DNA of 64,000 bases from an uncultured Fibrobacter sp. (GTDB lineage: Bacteria > Fibrobacterota > Fibrobacteria > Fibrobacterales > Fibrobacteraceae), in assembly GCA_934700345.1 (NCBI GenBank), contig CAKUXP010000002.1:50515-114514 (forward strand), given 5' to 3'. The notes under the pieces are model-generated. The model had not been told where the DNA came from. It was given only the letters and a program-made list of their open reading frames with translations, and ran no database searches. The stretch's first letter is position 1. Each line of letters starts with the position of its first letter. Below are positions 9,699 through 19,291 of this stretch, in pieces. The position numbers and the translations under genes are program-made.

Positions 9699-11054
9699 AT
9701 GCAACGTTTTTTCTCCCGTATATTCCTTTCGTTGGCCGTTTTTCTTTGCGTTGCCTGTAAAAAAGGAACGATCGTAGAGCTTTCTTCGCAAATCGAATCG
9801 TTAAAAGCGGAACTTTCCCGGATTGACTCGGAACGCGATGCGTTTGAACGGGACCGCTTGCCGCCGCTTGCGATTTTGAGCGATACGGTCCATCCGGGGG
9901 AGGGACTGTATCAGGTTTTGGAGAGGCTCCGGGTTCGCTTCGACGACAGGCGCTCCATCGTACTGGCGATTCAGGATAGCGTGGAACTTTCGAATTTGCG
10001 GGTCGGGCAGGCGTTCCATGTGGCGCAGGATTCTGCGGGAAATGTGCAGGTCTTTCGTTATTCCCCGAATCCGGCGACGGTGCATCTCCTGCTTCGGGAC
10101 GCTCCTGGCGATGCGTGGGAATACAGGCTCGTCTCTAAACCGTTGACGGTCAAGCATTCCGTGTTCGAAGGTACGATTCTTTCGGGGGGGACTTTACACG
10201 GCACGCTTCTTTCGGTGGGAATTCCCGCCCGGATGTCGGGAATCGTCGCAGGGGTTCTCCAATGCAAGATTCCCTTTTCGAGTGTCCAGGCCGGGGACCG
10301 CTTCCGCATCATGCTTGAAGAATCGTTCTACCGGGACAGCATCTGGATTTCGGGCAAGGTGCTTTATGCCGAGTTTGAAGGGCGGACTGTAGGGCATCAC
10401 GAAGCGTTCCTGTACGAGGAGGACGATCCGAAGAGCACTTATAACGCACATTACACGGCAAGTGGCGAGGCTTTGATTTTCAATGGGCTTCGCTATCCGC
10501 TGGACCGTCTGCACATTACAAGCCCTTTCGGTTCGAGGATCCATCCGATTACCGGCAAGCGTAAGATGCATAGCGGTATCGATTATGGCAGTCCCAAAGG
10601 TTCACCGGTCTATGCGGTGGCGAAGGGAAGGGTCGTCGTTTCGGGTTTTGACGAGTTTAGCGGCAATAAAATCGCGATTCGCCATGCGGACAATTCGGTC
10701 AGTTACTACATGCACTTGAACTCCCGGGGCGTGGGTGTCGGACAGGAGGTCATGGGCGGGCAGATTATCGGGCGCGTAGGCAGCACGGGACGCAGCACGG
10801 GTCCGCACCTTCATCTCGGATTTAAGGACGCTCGCGGAAACTGGATCAATCCGAAGTCCAAGACGATGATTGCAACGCCGAAGCTCCAGGGGGAACGCCT
10901 ATCCCGCTTGCAGGGACAGGTTTCGCAAATTCGGATCGAAATCGAGAAAACCGAGGCGGTCGAACCGCAGGCGATCGAAGGCTCGACGGTAAAGGTCAAG
11001 CAGCGGGTCGTTTCAAAGCCCTGGAAACTCCCGGATGGCCATTCCACGCTTTAA
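9699..11054 (+). CDS. M23 family metallopeptidase lipoprotein (LytM-like murein endopeptidase) with an N-terminal coiled-coil
   Basis: Lipobox LCVACKK. M23 motifs HSGIDYGSPKGSPVYAVAKGRV and GPHLHLGF. 451 aa. Confidence 0.8.
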   Translation: MQRFFSRIFLSLAVFLCVACKKGTIVELSSQIESLKAELSRIDSERDAFERDRLPPLAILSDTVHPGEGLYQVLERLRVRFDDRRSIVLAIQDSVELSNLRVGQAFHVAQDSAGNVQVFRYSPNPATVHLLLRDAPGDAWEYRLVSKPLTVKHSVFEGTILSGGTLHGTLLSVGIPARMSGIVAGVLQCKIPFSSVQAGDRFRIMLEESFYRDSIWISGKVLYAEFEGRTVGHHEAFLYEEDDPKSTYNAHYTASGEALIFNGLRYPLDRLHITSPFGSRIHPITGKRKMHSGIDYGSPKGSPVYAVAKGRVVVSGFDEFSGNKIAIRHADNSVSYYMHLNSRGVGVGQEVMGGQIIGRVGSTGRSTGPHLHLGFKDARGNWINPKSKTMIATPKLQGERLSRLQGQVSQIRIEIEKTEAVEPQAIEGSTVKVKQRVVSKPWKLPDGHSTL

Positions 11055-12365
11055 TTCCCGGAGCGCTTCTGCCGGGGAGAAGCGCTTGACTTGCTTGCGC
11101 ATCGAGGAGTTCCAGTACGGCTGGACTTGCTGGCTGTATCCCGCGGTTCGCTTGGATGTCTTTCCGCTTGCCAGCTCGACCGCCTTTTGGAACGCGGAAT
11201 CCGCATCGGCGATATAGAAGTCCGGTTCAAACCCGTAGAGGTGATAGCTCTGGTAATTCTTGTCTAGGAAGAGGAACGAAGTGGCAACGCCGAAGGCGCT
11301 GTCGGGCGTTGTCACGTATGTCTGCCCGATACCCTTTCCGAAGGAGTTTGTTCCGACAACGGGAACTTTTAGGTTTGAAGTAAGTGCCGCAGCGAAGATT
11401 TCCGTGCAGCTCGCACTGCCGCTGTCGAGCATCATCACGTAATATCTGCCTGCTCCGATGCCGTCCTTTTCGACCGTAACGACCTGCTCGGACGAATCCC
11501 GCCCCTTTTTCCCGTAGCCCCATTTCCTCTCGACGATAACCGTGTCGCCGCGCTGGAGAACCGCCTTGGCCATGCGTACGCAAAGATCCACCGAACCGCC
11601 TCCGTTTCCGCGCAAGTCGAGAACCGTCGAAGCGGCTCCCTTGGTTCGGGAAAGCGCCTCTTCGAATTCAAGCGCAGTCCCGTCGGAATCGAATCCGTTC
11701 GTCTTTCCGACAAATTCCGTGATGCGGATAACCGGAATGTTTTCGGCGGAGTCGAGATATACCGTGGGGGAAATGACCGCCGTCCGGATCATTTCGATTG
11801 ACATCGTATCGTTTGAACGGGCAACGGAAAATGTAAACTCGTCCTTCTTCGCCGAAAGGATCGCTTTGTAGATAGAGTCGTTTCCGTTTAGCGGAACGTT
11901 GTCAACCGCAAGAAGAATGTCGCCTTTTAAAACTCCCGCCGAGGCTGCCGGTCCGACCCTGAAGACTGTCTTGACCCGGAGTTCGCCGTCGAGTTCCATG
12001 CCGAACGACTTGTCTTCCGTATCCGATTCCCGAATCGCCGAGGAGACCGCGGAATAGAAAGTGCGCGGGTAATAGGTCGTGAGCGGATCCGACATGGATT
12101 CATACATCACGATGACGTCCGCAACGTCTGCATATTTTTCGTTGATGATGGCTTTTAGCGGGCTTTCCAGATAGACTTCGGAATCTTCCAGTTCGTCCGC
12201 GGACTTGTAGTAATAGTAGTAGAGGAAGGAATAGTTAAACTGGAATTCCTTGCTCGCCTTGTCGGATACTTCGACCTGTGGCGAAACGGTATCGGTCGAG
12301 CATCCAAAAAAATATGCCGCGAGGGTGAGAGACGCCGCGGCGAGAAAAAGCTTGTTCTTTGGCAT
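11013..12365 (-). CDS. S41 family C-terminal processing peptidase (tail-specific protease) lipoprotein
   Basis: Lipobox FFGCST. PDZ-like segment, then LDLRGNGGG and a catalytic Ser/Lys region typical of Ctp/Prc. Its 3' end overlaps the convergent M23 gene by 42 nt. Confidence 0.8.
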   Translation of the reverse strand: MPKNKLFLAAASLTLAAYFFGCSTDTVSPQVEVSDKASKEFQFNYSFLYYYYYKSADELEDSEVYLESPLKAIINEKYADVADVIVMYESMSDPLTTYYPRTFYSAVSSAIRESDTEDKSFGMELDGELRVKTVFRVGPAASAGVLKGDILLAVDNVPLNGNDSIYKAILSAKKDEFTFSVARSNDTMSIEMIRTAVISPTVYLDSAENIPVIRITEFVGKTNGFDSDGTALEFEEALSRTKGAASTVLDLRGNGGGSVDLCVRMAKAVLQRGDTVIVERKWGYGKKGRDSSEQVVTVEKDGIGAGRYYVMMLDSGSASCTEIFAAALTSNLKVPVVGTNSFGKGIGQTYVTTPDSAFGVATSFLFLDKNYQSYHLYGFEPDFYIADADSAFQKAVELASGKTSKRTAGYSQQVQPYWNSSMRKQVKRFSPAEALRELKRGMAIREFPGL

Positions 12366-12369
12366 ACGG

Positions 12370-13122
12370 TTACGAATCGATTTTCAGTCCCTGCCTGTTG
12401 GCTAGGGCTTTGGGTAGCGGTTCCGAGAGTGGATTGTTTACCAGGGAAAGCGACTTGAGTGCGGAACATGCGGAAAGTTCTTCCGGGATGGAATCCAGCT
12501 CGTTTTCGTCGAGGACCAGTTCACGAAGCTTTTGCAGCTTGCCGATAGAGGCGGGCAGGGCGACCAGGCTGTTCCCCGAAATCATCAGGACTTCGAGACT
12601 TTCGAGATCTCCGATGCTTGCGGGAATCGTCGAAAGGTCATTGTTGTCCAGGTAGAGTTTTTCGAGCCGCTTCATCTTGCCCAGGGTCTCGGGAATTTTC
12701 GAAAGCATGTTGTCGTGCAGGGAAAGTTTTTCCACGTTTTCCCAGCCTCCGACTTCATCGGGCAGTCCGAACAGCTGGTTCCGCGCGATATTTACCTTTT
12801 TCAGGTTCTTGAGCGCGCCGATCTGCTTCGGAAGCTCGGACAGGCTGTTGTAGCCTAGATACAGGTTTTCGAGTTTGGATAGTTCGGCAATCGTTTCGGG
12901 AAGTTCCATCAGGTCGTTTTCGCTGACGGAAAGGCTCTGGAGGTTCTTGAGACGCCCGATTTCGTCGGGAAGCTCCACGAGCAGGTTTTGGTCGAGGACG
13001 AGCTCCTCTAAATCTTCGAGTTCGAAGAGCTGTGACGGGAGAAGGCGCAGATGCATTCCCACAAGGTCCAGTTTCTTCGCTTTTTCGGCTTTCGCCTTGG
13101 CAATGACTTCGAGAAGATTCAT
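12370..13122 (-). CDS. Leucine-rich repeat protein (~10 LRRs), no signal peptide
   Basis: Tandem LxxLxLxxNxLxxLPxxIGxL repeats of ~23 aa throughout. Sits 4 nt upstream of the S41 peptidase gene on the same strand. Confidence 0.75.
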   Translation of the reverse strand: MNLLEVIAKAKAEKAKKLDLVGMHLRLLPSQLFELEDLEELVLDQNLLVELPDEIGRLKNLQSLSVSENDLMELPETIAELSKLENLYLGYNSLSELPKQIGALKNLKKVNIARNQLFGLPDEVGGWENVEKLSLHDNMLSKIPETLGKMKRLEKLYLDNNDLSTIPASIGDLESLEVLMISGNSLVALPASIGKLQKLRELVLDENELDSIPEELSACSALKSLSLVNNPLSEPLPKALANRQGLKIDS

Positions 13123-13364
13123 AGTATCGACTCCATTTTTTCAAATGATAGCATTTTTGTGCATTTTGCGGACTTTTTGCGGCAAAAGAGCGGATATGTG
13201 GCAAGTTTTTTTTGTTCCAAGCAGGAATATTCAAGAGGTTGCAGGGCTCAGTAATTCGTTGATAGTAGGGATAACTCAGAAGCCAGAAGTTGGGTGATGT
13301 GTGAGGAATTGGCTGCCGAGCGGACTTTCCATGTCCCGAGTCCCTCGTACCGCTTTTCGAAAAG

Positions 13365-13399
13365 CCTAGACGTCTGCGGACTAATCCCTAATTTCTCAT
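13365..13399 (-). repeat. Dispersed copy (reverse orientation) of the AGACGTCT-centred repeat family that is clustered at 20.7-21.6 kb
   Basis: cctagacgtctgcggactaatccctaatttctcat matches the reverse complement of atgagaaattagg...ttagtccgcggacgtctaag found at 20703-20752 and 21083-21132. Confidence 0.45.
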
Positions 13400-13606
13400 G
13401 TTCTCGACCGTCCGCTTCCTAATTTTAATTCTTCTCCGACAGGAAAATTCAAAAAGCGTGTTTTTGCATACAGAAATGCGTTTTAAATGGTTTGTAAAAA
13501 TTTTGAAACATCTTTTTTCGTGGAAAATCTCGAAAATAAGTGATATTTTAATTATCTATGTATAGTATAGTCAAAACTCCGGGTCCGGAGTTACTAGAGG
13601 ATTAAA

Positions 13607-15490
13607 ATGGAACTGACGAAAGCGCAAGAACGTAGACTTTCTTTTGTGGCCAGCTTGCTGAGCTTGAACCCGAACGATCCGACGGATCGCATCAAGGCTT
13701 TAAGGCATTTGAACCTGGATGAAGAGGGATGTTTTCACGGATTCCAGTATTCCCAGGGATTCCTTGAAATTTTCATTTTTATTGACGAGTCGACCCCGCT
13801 CGAAAAGGCCGTGCACAATCTGGCGCACGACCTGAAACAGCTCCAGATAGCCGTTTTCCGTACAAGTGATCCGGACAATCCGTTCTTTATGTCGCTCCGC
13901 GAAGAAGCCGATCCGTGGGATGTCATCAAGATGGACGCTTCGGACGCGGAGGAGGACGGCGACCAGCCGGCGAGTCGTCCTTACATGGAAACGCTTGAAA
14001 TCACGGTACTTAGGACGCTTTCTAGCCGTTACGTGACCGATGCGGAAATGGAACGCACGCTCAAGGATATGCGCCGCAAGTTGAACATCTGGAAGTCCGA
14101 TGTCCGGGCGAAGCTTGAAATCCGGGCGGAACATGACGATCTCGCAAAGGATTTTCGCAACAACGACGACAAGCTCGATATCGTAATGCAGGACGAACCT
14201 CTCCACATGACGAGCAAGAGTGGCGAGCTTTTTGTCGGGTTCTGCCCGATCCGCACCATCTTCGACTACCACCAGTCTTTGGGAAAGCGTCTCAAGACAA
14301 AGCATAATATGGCGATTGTTTCGAGCAACATCCGCACGTATCTCGGAAACCTGACCCATACGAACGCAGCCCTTATCGATGCGTTCCAGGAAATGGAAAA
14401 GGCGAATGACGCAAGCGATTTCCCGTTCCTCCACAACGGCATGACGCTCACGGGCGACGATCTGCGCCTGAAGGACCGCGACGGCAAGAAGGTCCTGCAA
14501 ATCGAACGTCCGAAGATTATCAACGGGGCGCAGTCGCTTTTCACCTACGAAAGCTATTTCAAGAAGAGCAAGAATCCGGTGAATCCGTTCGTGCTGATCA
14601 AGGTCGTGGTACCGTATCCCGAAGCGGACGCGTTTTTGCGACAGGTGACGATGGCAAACAACCGCCAGAACCCGGTGTTCAGTTACCATCTTCGCGCTGC
14701 GGACGATTTGCAGTTCTTCATCTGGCAGCGTTACCAGGAAGAAGGCTTTACCTACGTCTATAAGGACGGTGTCCGCCTGAAGGCTCGCACGCGCAAGCTC
14801 GAAGTCCGTATGCGGCCCGAACTCGCGAAGACTCTCTTCATGATGGACGGGAAAATTTCCGAAAGCCGTTCCTCGGACTGCATCTTTGACAAGGAAAGCC
14901 TTTACCAGCATTGCTTCGGCGCATTCCTGCGGGTCGCTCCGGACAAGGAACGCGACTTTGTACGTAAAACCATCGCCTATACGAAGGCGTGGCAGCTTCT
15001 CACCCGGCTTCCGATCAAGAACAGAAACGTCGTTCCGGGAAAAGGAGTTTCGATCGAAGCGAACGATGCAAACCCGCTCACGCGCATCACGTGGAACGGT
15101 CGCTTGGAGGACAAGTTCCTCTTCCGCAGCGCGGTCCGCGATGTCGTCGTAGCGATTGCGCTTCGCCATTGGCTCATCTACGGCAATCCGATCCAGGATT
15201 TTGAATATCTGGTCGTAAACGAGATTGATTTCAACAATTCGCTGCTCAAGTATGCGTCGCATATTTACGGCGACTACCTGAAATCGATTCTCGTAAACGA
15301 ATTCAAGGACAACAAGGATTACTACGACACGATTACCACAATCGACAAGGATTCCGGCGAAAATGTGGAACGTCGCCTGTGGAAAGGCTTCGGCACGACC
15401 GCTACCTATGACAAGATCATGCAGATGCTCGTGGCGAAGGACAAGTCCTGGGAAAAATGCCTAGGCGATATCGATGTCTTTTTGAAGTAA
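13607..15490 (+). CDS. Hypothetical 627-aa cytoplasmic protein with no confident family assignment
   Basis: Long ORF with GAGGAT 6 nt upstream of the ATG and natural amino-acid composition. The 520-aa antisense ORF at 13700..15262 is R/L/V-rich and looks like a shadow. Preceded by a ~480-bp AT-rich non-coding leader. Confidence 0.6.
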   Translation: MELTKAQERRLSFVASLLSLNPNDPTDRIKALRHLNLDEEGCFHGFQYSQGFLEIFIFIDESTPLEKAVHNLAHDLKQLQIAVFRTSDPDNPFFMSLREEADPWDVIKMDASDAEEDGDQPASRPYMETLEITVLRTLSSRYVTDAEMERTLKDMRRKLNIWKSDVRAKLEIRAEHDDLAKDFRNNDDKLDIVMQDEPLHMTSKSGELFVGFCPIRTIFDYHQSLGKRLKTKHNMAIVSSNIRTYLGNLTHTNAALIDAFQEMEKANDASDFPFLHNGMTLTGDDLRLKDRDGKKVLQIERPKIINGAQSLFTYESYFKKSKNPVNPFVLIKVVVPYPEADAFLRQVTMANNRQNPVFSYHLRAADDLQFFIWQRYQEEGFTYVYKDGVRLKARTRKLEVRMRPELAKTLFMMDGKISESRSSDCIFDKESLYQHCFGAFLRVAPDKERDFVRKTIAYTKAWQLLTRLPIKNRNVVPGKGVSIEANDANPLTRITWNGRLEDKFLFRSAVRDVVVAIALRHWLIYGNPIQDFEYLVVNEIDFNNSLLKYASHIYGDYLKSILVNEFKDNKDYYDTITTIDKDSGENVERRLWKGFGTTATYDKIMQMLVAKDKSWEKCLGDIDVFLK

Positions 15491-15547
15491 TTTTCGTCGT
15501 TCTCCTAAAAGCGGAAAAGGTTCGAAGCGATTCGGGCCTTTTTATAT

Positions 15548-16708
15548 TTGACGGTGATGGCAAATCTGCTTTTAGCGGTCATTTACGTTTCGTTTATAAG
15601 TTTGGGACTGCCCGATTCGCTGCTCGGTGCGGCGTGGCCGTCTATCTACCCGGAACTCGGGACGCCTATCTCGTCCGCGGGCATTTTGTCGATGATTATC
15701 GCGGTGGGGACGGTCGTGTCGTCGCTTGTGAGTGACCGGGTGACGCGCCTTTGGGGGGCGGGAAAGGTAAACGCTTTTAGCGTGCTTCTGACCGCGATTG
15801 CGCTTTTCGGCTTTTCGTCGAGCGGTTCGTTTGGGGAACTTTGTCTATGGGCGGTACCCTATGGTCTCGGGGCGGGAGCCGTCGATGCCGCTCTCAACAA
15901 CTACGTCGCGCTTCATTATAAGAGCCGTCACATGAGCTGGCTCCATTGCATGTGGGGAATCGGAGCGACCCTCGGTCCATACGCGATGGGATATGCGCTT
16001 TCACACGGGATGAATTGGACTGGCGGCTACCGGATTATTTCGGTTGTCCAGTTCGGGCTTGTCGCCGTCCTGTTCGCAAGTCTCCCTTTGTGGAAAAGGC
16101 GTTCGGATATGGCGAACGAGAAAAAGTCGGAACCGTTGCCGCTGCGGAAAGCTCTTGGAATGCCCGGAGCGAAAGAGATGATGCTCTGCTTCTTTTGTTA
16201 CAGCGCCGTGGAGCAGACGACGGGACTTTGGGCGGCGAGCTATCTGAACGGTGCCCGTGACTTTTCGGCAGAGGTTTCCGCAAGTCTTGCCGGGCTTTTC
16301 TTCGTGGGGATAACGGTCGGGAGAGCACTTTCGGGATTTGTCACGATGCGCCTTTCCGACGACCAAATGATTCGGCTCGGGCTTTGTATCATTCTCGTTG
16401 GAATTTTCCTCTTGTTCTTGCCGGTGAAGACGCTTTCCTTGGCGGGGCTTGTCGCCATCGGGCTTGGCTGTGCGCCGGTTTATCCCTGTATCATCCATTC
16501 GACGCCGGAGCGTTTCGGGGCGGAAAATTCGCAGGCTTTTGTGGGAATCCAGATGGCGAGCGCCTATGTCGGGACGACCTTGATGCCTCCGCTATTCGGA
16601 CTTATCGCAAGAAATTTGGGCATTTCTCTTTTGCCTGTATATTTAATCCTGTTTCTGTCACTTATGCTCTCGATGCATTTGAAATTGACGAAAATCACCC
16701 GGAAATAA
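15548..16708 (+). CDS. MFS transporter
   Basis: About 12 predicted transmembrane helices, a charged central loop, and an N-terminal GLPDSLLGAAWP-type MFS signature. Confidence 0.8.
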   Translation: MTVMANLLLAVIYVSFISLGLPDSLLGAAWPSIYPELGTPISSAGILSMIIAVGTVVSSLVSDRVTRLWGAGKVNAFSVLLTAIALFGFSSSGSFGELCLWAVPYGLGAGAVDAALNNYVALHYKSRHMSWLHCMWGIGATLGPYAMGYALSHGMNWTGGYRIISVVQFGLVAVLFASLPLWKRRSDMANEKKSEPLPLRKALGMPGAKEMMLCFFCYSAVEQTTGLWAASYLNGARDFSAEVSASLAGLFFVGITVGRALSGFVTMRLSDDQMIRLGLCIILVGIFLLFLPVKTLSLAGLVAIGLGCAPVYPCIIHSTPERFGAENSQAFVGIQMASAYVGTTLMPPLFGLIARNLGISLLPVYLILFLSLMLSMHLKLTKITRK

Positions 16709-16819
16709 CTTTTTAACCACCTCTTTTAAAAATGATAAGCTATATTAAACGATTGAAAACGGTTTAATGACGCTGTATGAAAGTTCAGAAAGCCGAAATA
16801 ACACGCAGAAGGGATTTTT

Positions 16820-17956
16820 ATGATAAAATGGTGTGCGCTTGGCATTTTGACGGTTGCACTCTTGTCCGCTTGCGGTGACGATGTGACAAAGACCGTCGCA
16901 GGAGAACCGCAAGGCTTGGAAATTGCGGCGGACGTGGATTCGCTTCCCCTGTGCGATGCGAAAAATATCGGCGGGATGTTCTTAATTCCGAAAAAGGAAG
17001 AAGTCTATGTGTGCCTGGATTCGGGCTGGAAGAGCCTTACGCCGGATGTAAAAGGGCATTCCTGCATGACGGAGATGCTCCCGGACAGTTCGGGCAGCAA
17101 GATTGTCTGCGACGGGGATTCGCTCGGCGTCGTCTCTAACGGAAAGAACGGCAAGGACGGCGAAACCGGGGACGTTGGCGAAAACGGTGCCGCAGGCAAG
17201 ACGTGCCACTCGGCGGATAACGGCGACGGCTCGTTCTGGCAGATTTGCGGCGAAGATTCCGTGATGCTCTATAAGGCTTTTTGCCGGGATGTGTTTTATG
17301 ATCCGGACAGCGCCTTTTGCGATTCGCGGAATATGCGGCTATATCGGATGGTTCGAATCGGCGAGCAGGTGTGGATGGCGGAAAACTTGAACTATTCAGG
17401 ATATAAGACGTATGTTCGCGACAGTACGAGTGGTAAGAGTGGTTGGGGTTGTCTTTTTAGTAGTGGCGCCGATGGTAGCGGTAGGTTTTTGCTTGGGGTT
17501 TGCTATGAGAAGAATGGAGAGTATTGTGAAAAGTTTGGACGGCTTTATACAAACCGGGAGATTGAAACGCTCTGCCCTGCCGGTTGGCACATGCCGGATT
17601 CGACGGAATGGAAATCCCTGTTCGCTTTCGTGGCGGAAAATGGCGGGGGAAATGTGGGGGGCAGTCTGCGTTCTGTAAATGGCTGGAGTAAAAATATTCT
17701 GGCAACGGACGAGTTCGGCTTTGGAGCGCTTCCTGGCGGTTTTATGGAAGAACATTTTGACAAGCAGGGCTATTGTATTGAATCTAGGGATTTTTATAGA
17801 ATCTCTATCGAGGCGCGTTTTCTGAGTGCTGAAGGCGGTTATTTTGTTTTTGACAGTTATGACGCTCTTGACACTTTTTCCGATGGCGTAAGATATGTAG
17901 AGAACGAGGGCATTACGAAAGGTTCCTCGGTCCGGTGTATTCGGGACGATGGCTAG
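16820..17956 (+). CDS. Lipoprotein with a Fibrobacter-succinogenes-major-paralogous-domain (FISUMP / Fib_succ_major-like) C-terminal domain and a short collagen-like GXY tract
   Basis: Lipobox LLSACGDDVTKTV. GKN-GKD-GET-GDV-GEN-GAA-GK (7 GXY). C-terminal domain with VRIGEQVWMAENLNY and CPAGWHMPDSTEWKSLFAFV, which I recognise as the FISUMP paralog family signature. Confidence 0.6.
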   Translation: MIKWCALGILTVALLSACGDDVTKTVAGEPQGLEIAADVDSLPLCDAKNIGGMFLIPKKEEVYVCLDSGWKSLTPDVKGHSCMTEMLPDSSGSKIVCDGDSLGVVSNGKNGKDGETGDVGENGAAGKTCHSADNGDGSFWQICGEDSVMLYKAFCRDVFYDPDSAFCDSRNMRLYRMVRIGEQVWMAENLNYSGYKTYVRDSTSGKSGWGCLFSSGADGSGRFLLGVCYEKNGEYCEKFGRLYTNREIETLCPAGWHMPDSTEWKSLFAFVAENGGGNVGGSLRSVNGWSKNILATDEFGFGALPGGFMEEHFDKQGYCIESRDFYRISIEARFLSAEGGYFVFDSYDALDTFSDGVRYVENEGITKGSSVRCIRDDG

Positions 17957-17988
17957 CGGTCAAGGAATTTAACCAAGAGGATTTGTCG

Positions 17989-19257
17989 ATGAGAATAGGA
18001 AAGCTTTCCCTTGTAATCTGCACCGTGGCGTTCTTTATTGCCTGTAGCGATTCCGTGACGGAGGTCGTCCGCCCCGTGGAGACCGTCGTTCTTGGAAAGG
18101 CGGATTCCCTGCCGGAATGTTCCCCCGAAAACCAGGGACAGATGGCGGTAATTTCGGAAGACGCTTCGGCGTATGTCTGTGAAAATTCGAAATGGGAAAA
18201 TCTGGTATCAAAACCCGATGCGGAGCCTTGCGTCTTGATAGCCCTTTCGGACGGTTCCGGCTATAAAATCGTCTGCGGCGAGGACACGGTGGGAACGGTT
18301 TTGAACGGAATGGATGGACAGAACGGAGCAAAGGGCGAGCAGGGAAAAAGCGGCTTGGATGGACGGGACTGCTTTTTTATCGACAATGCCAACGGAACGA
18401 TTTTGCAGATTTGCGGCGAGGATTCGACCGTGCTTTCGAAAGCGCTGTGCGGCGGCGAACCCTATGACCCGGCGACGCATTTTTGCTATAGTGATAGGCT
18501 TTATGCGCAAGTCGTTTATGATACGCTTATCGATGCGCGCGACGGCTTCAGCTATCGGACGGTCAAAATCGGGAGCCAGACTTGGATGGCGGACAATCTT
18601 CGCTTTGTAACGGACAGCAGTTCTTGCTTGGACGATACGCTGCGTTGTCTGGAATATGGCCTCTACTATAAATGGTTTGACATGATTGATTCTATTGGTA
18701 AGTACAGAGGAACTCCTCTTATCTGTTCGAATCCTTATGGTATTGTTGATAACGGTGGTGAGGCGCGAGTTACGGAATGTAATCTGGAAACACCGGCGCG
18801 AGGCATTTGCCCGGAAGGCTGGCATATTCCGACATCCGAAGAATGGGCTTGGCTGTTTAACACTGTGGACCGGATGGCGTACGAAGGGATTGGCAAGGTT
18901 TTGAAGTCAAGAACGGGATGGGATTTCGTGGGAGGTGATAACGGAATCGACTTGTTTGGGTTTGACGCAAAGCCGACCGGTGCTAAAGGCGAACCAACTG
19001 AATATGGTGAAGGTGGCTGGGGTGAACGCGAAGCGGAAATAATGGATGATATTGCTTCTTTTTGGGCTGCGGACTTTTATCAAGGCGATTCTTCTTGGTG
19101 TGCGAGCGGCTCGTGCTTTGGCTACATTTTTGCCCAGCTAGCCGCAGGGAATGGAATGAGCCGTATATATTTATCTAGAATGTTCAAAAAAGTTGGCCGT
19201 GATTATGATAGGGAATTTTTATCAAGTGTCCGTTGTGTTCGAGATGAACAGGACTGA
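17989..19257 (+). CDS. FISUMP-like paralogous lipoprotein (second copy)
   Basis: Lipobox FFIACSDSVTEVV at an internal ATG at 17989 (the track ORF starts at GTG 17935 and overlaps the previous gene). GMD-GQN-GAK-GEQ-GKS-GLD-GRD (7 GXY). VKIGSQTWMADNLRF and CPEGWHIPTSEEWAWLFNTV. Confidence 0.6.
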   Translation: MRIGKLSLVICTVAFFIACSDSVTEVVRPVETVVLGKADSLPECSPENQGQMAVISEDASAYVCENSKWENLVSKPDAEPCVLIALSDGSGYKIVCGEDTVGTVLNGMDGQNGAKGEQGKSGLDGRDCFFIDNANGTILQICGEDSTVLSKALCGGEPYDPATHFCYSDRLYAQVVYDTLIDARDGFSYRTVKIGSQTWMADNLRFVTDSSSCLDDTLRCLEYGLYYKWFDMIDSIGKYRGTPLICSNPYGIVDNGGEARVTECNLETPARGICPEGWHIPTSEEWAWLFNTVDRMAYEGIGKVLKSRTGWDFVGGDNGIDLFGFDAKPTGAKGEPTEYGEGGWGEREAEIMDDIASFWAADFYQGDSSWCASGSCFGYIFAQLAAGNGMSRIYLSRMFKKVGRDYDREFLSSVRCVRDEQD

Positions 19258-19291
19258 AAATCAGAATTTTACTCCGAGGTAGGAATTTTCA

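Noticed and set aside
13700-15262. 520-aa ORF antisense to the 627-aa hypothetical gene
   Set aside because: R/L/V-rich composition typical of a shadow ORF on the opposite strand of a G+C-rich gene. The sense ORF has an RBS and natural composition.
17340-17362. GGTTCGAATCGG resembling a tRNA T-loop
   Set aside because: It lies inside the first FISUMP coding sequence (encodes RMVRIGEQ). There is no acceptor or anticodon stem context. I did not recognise any tRNA in the window.
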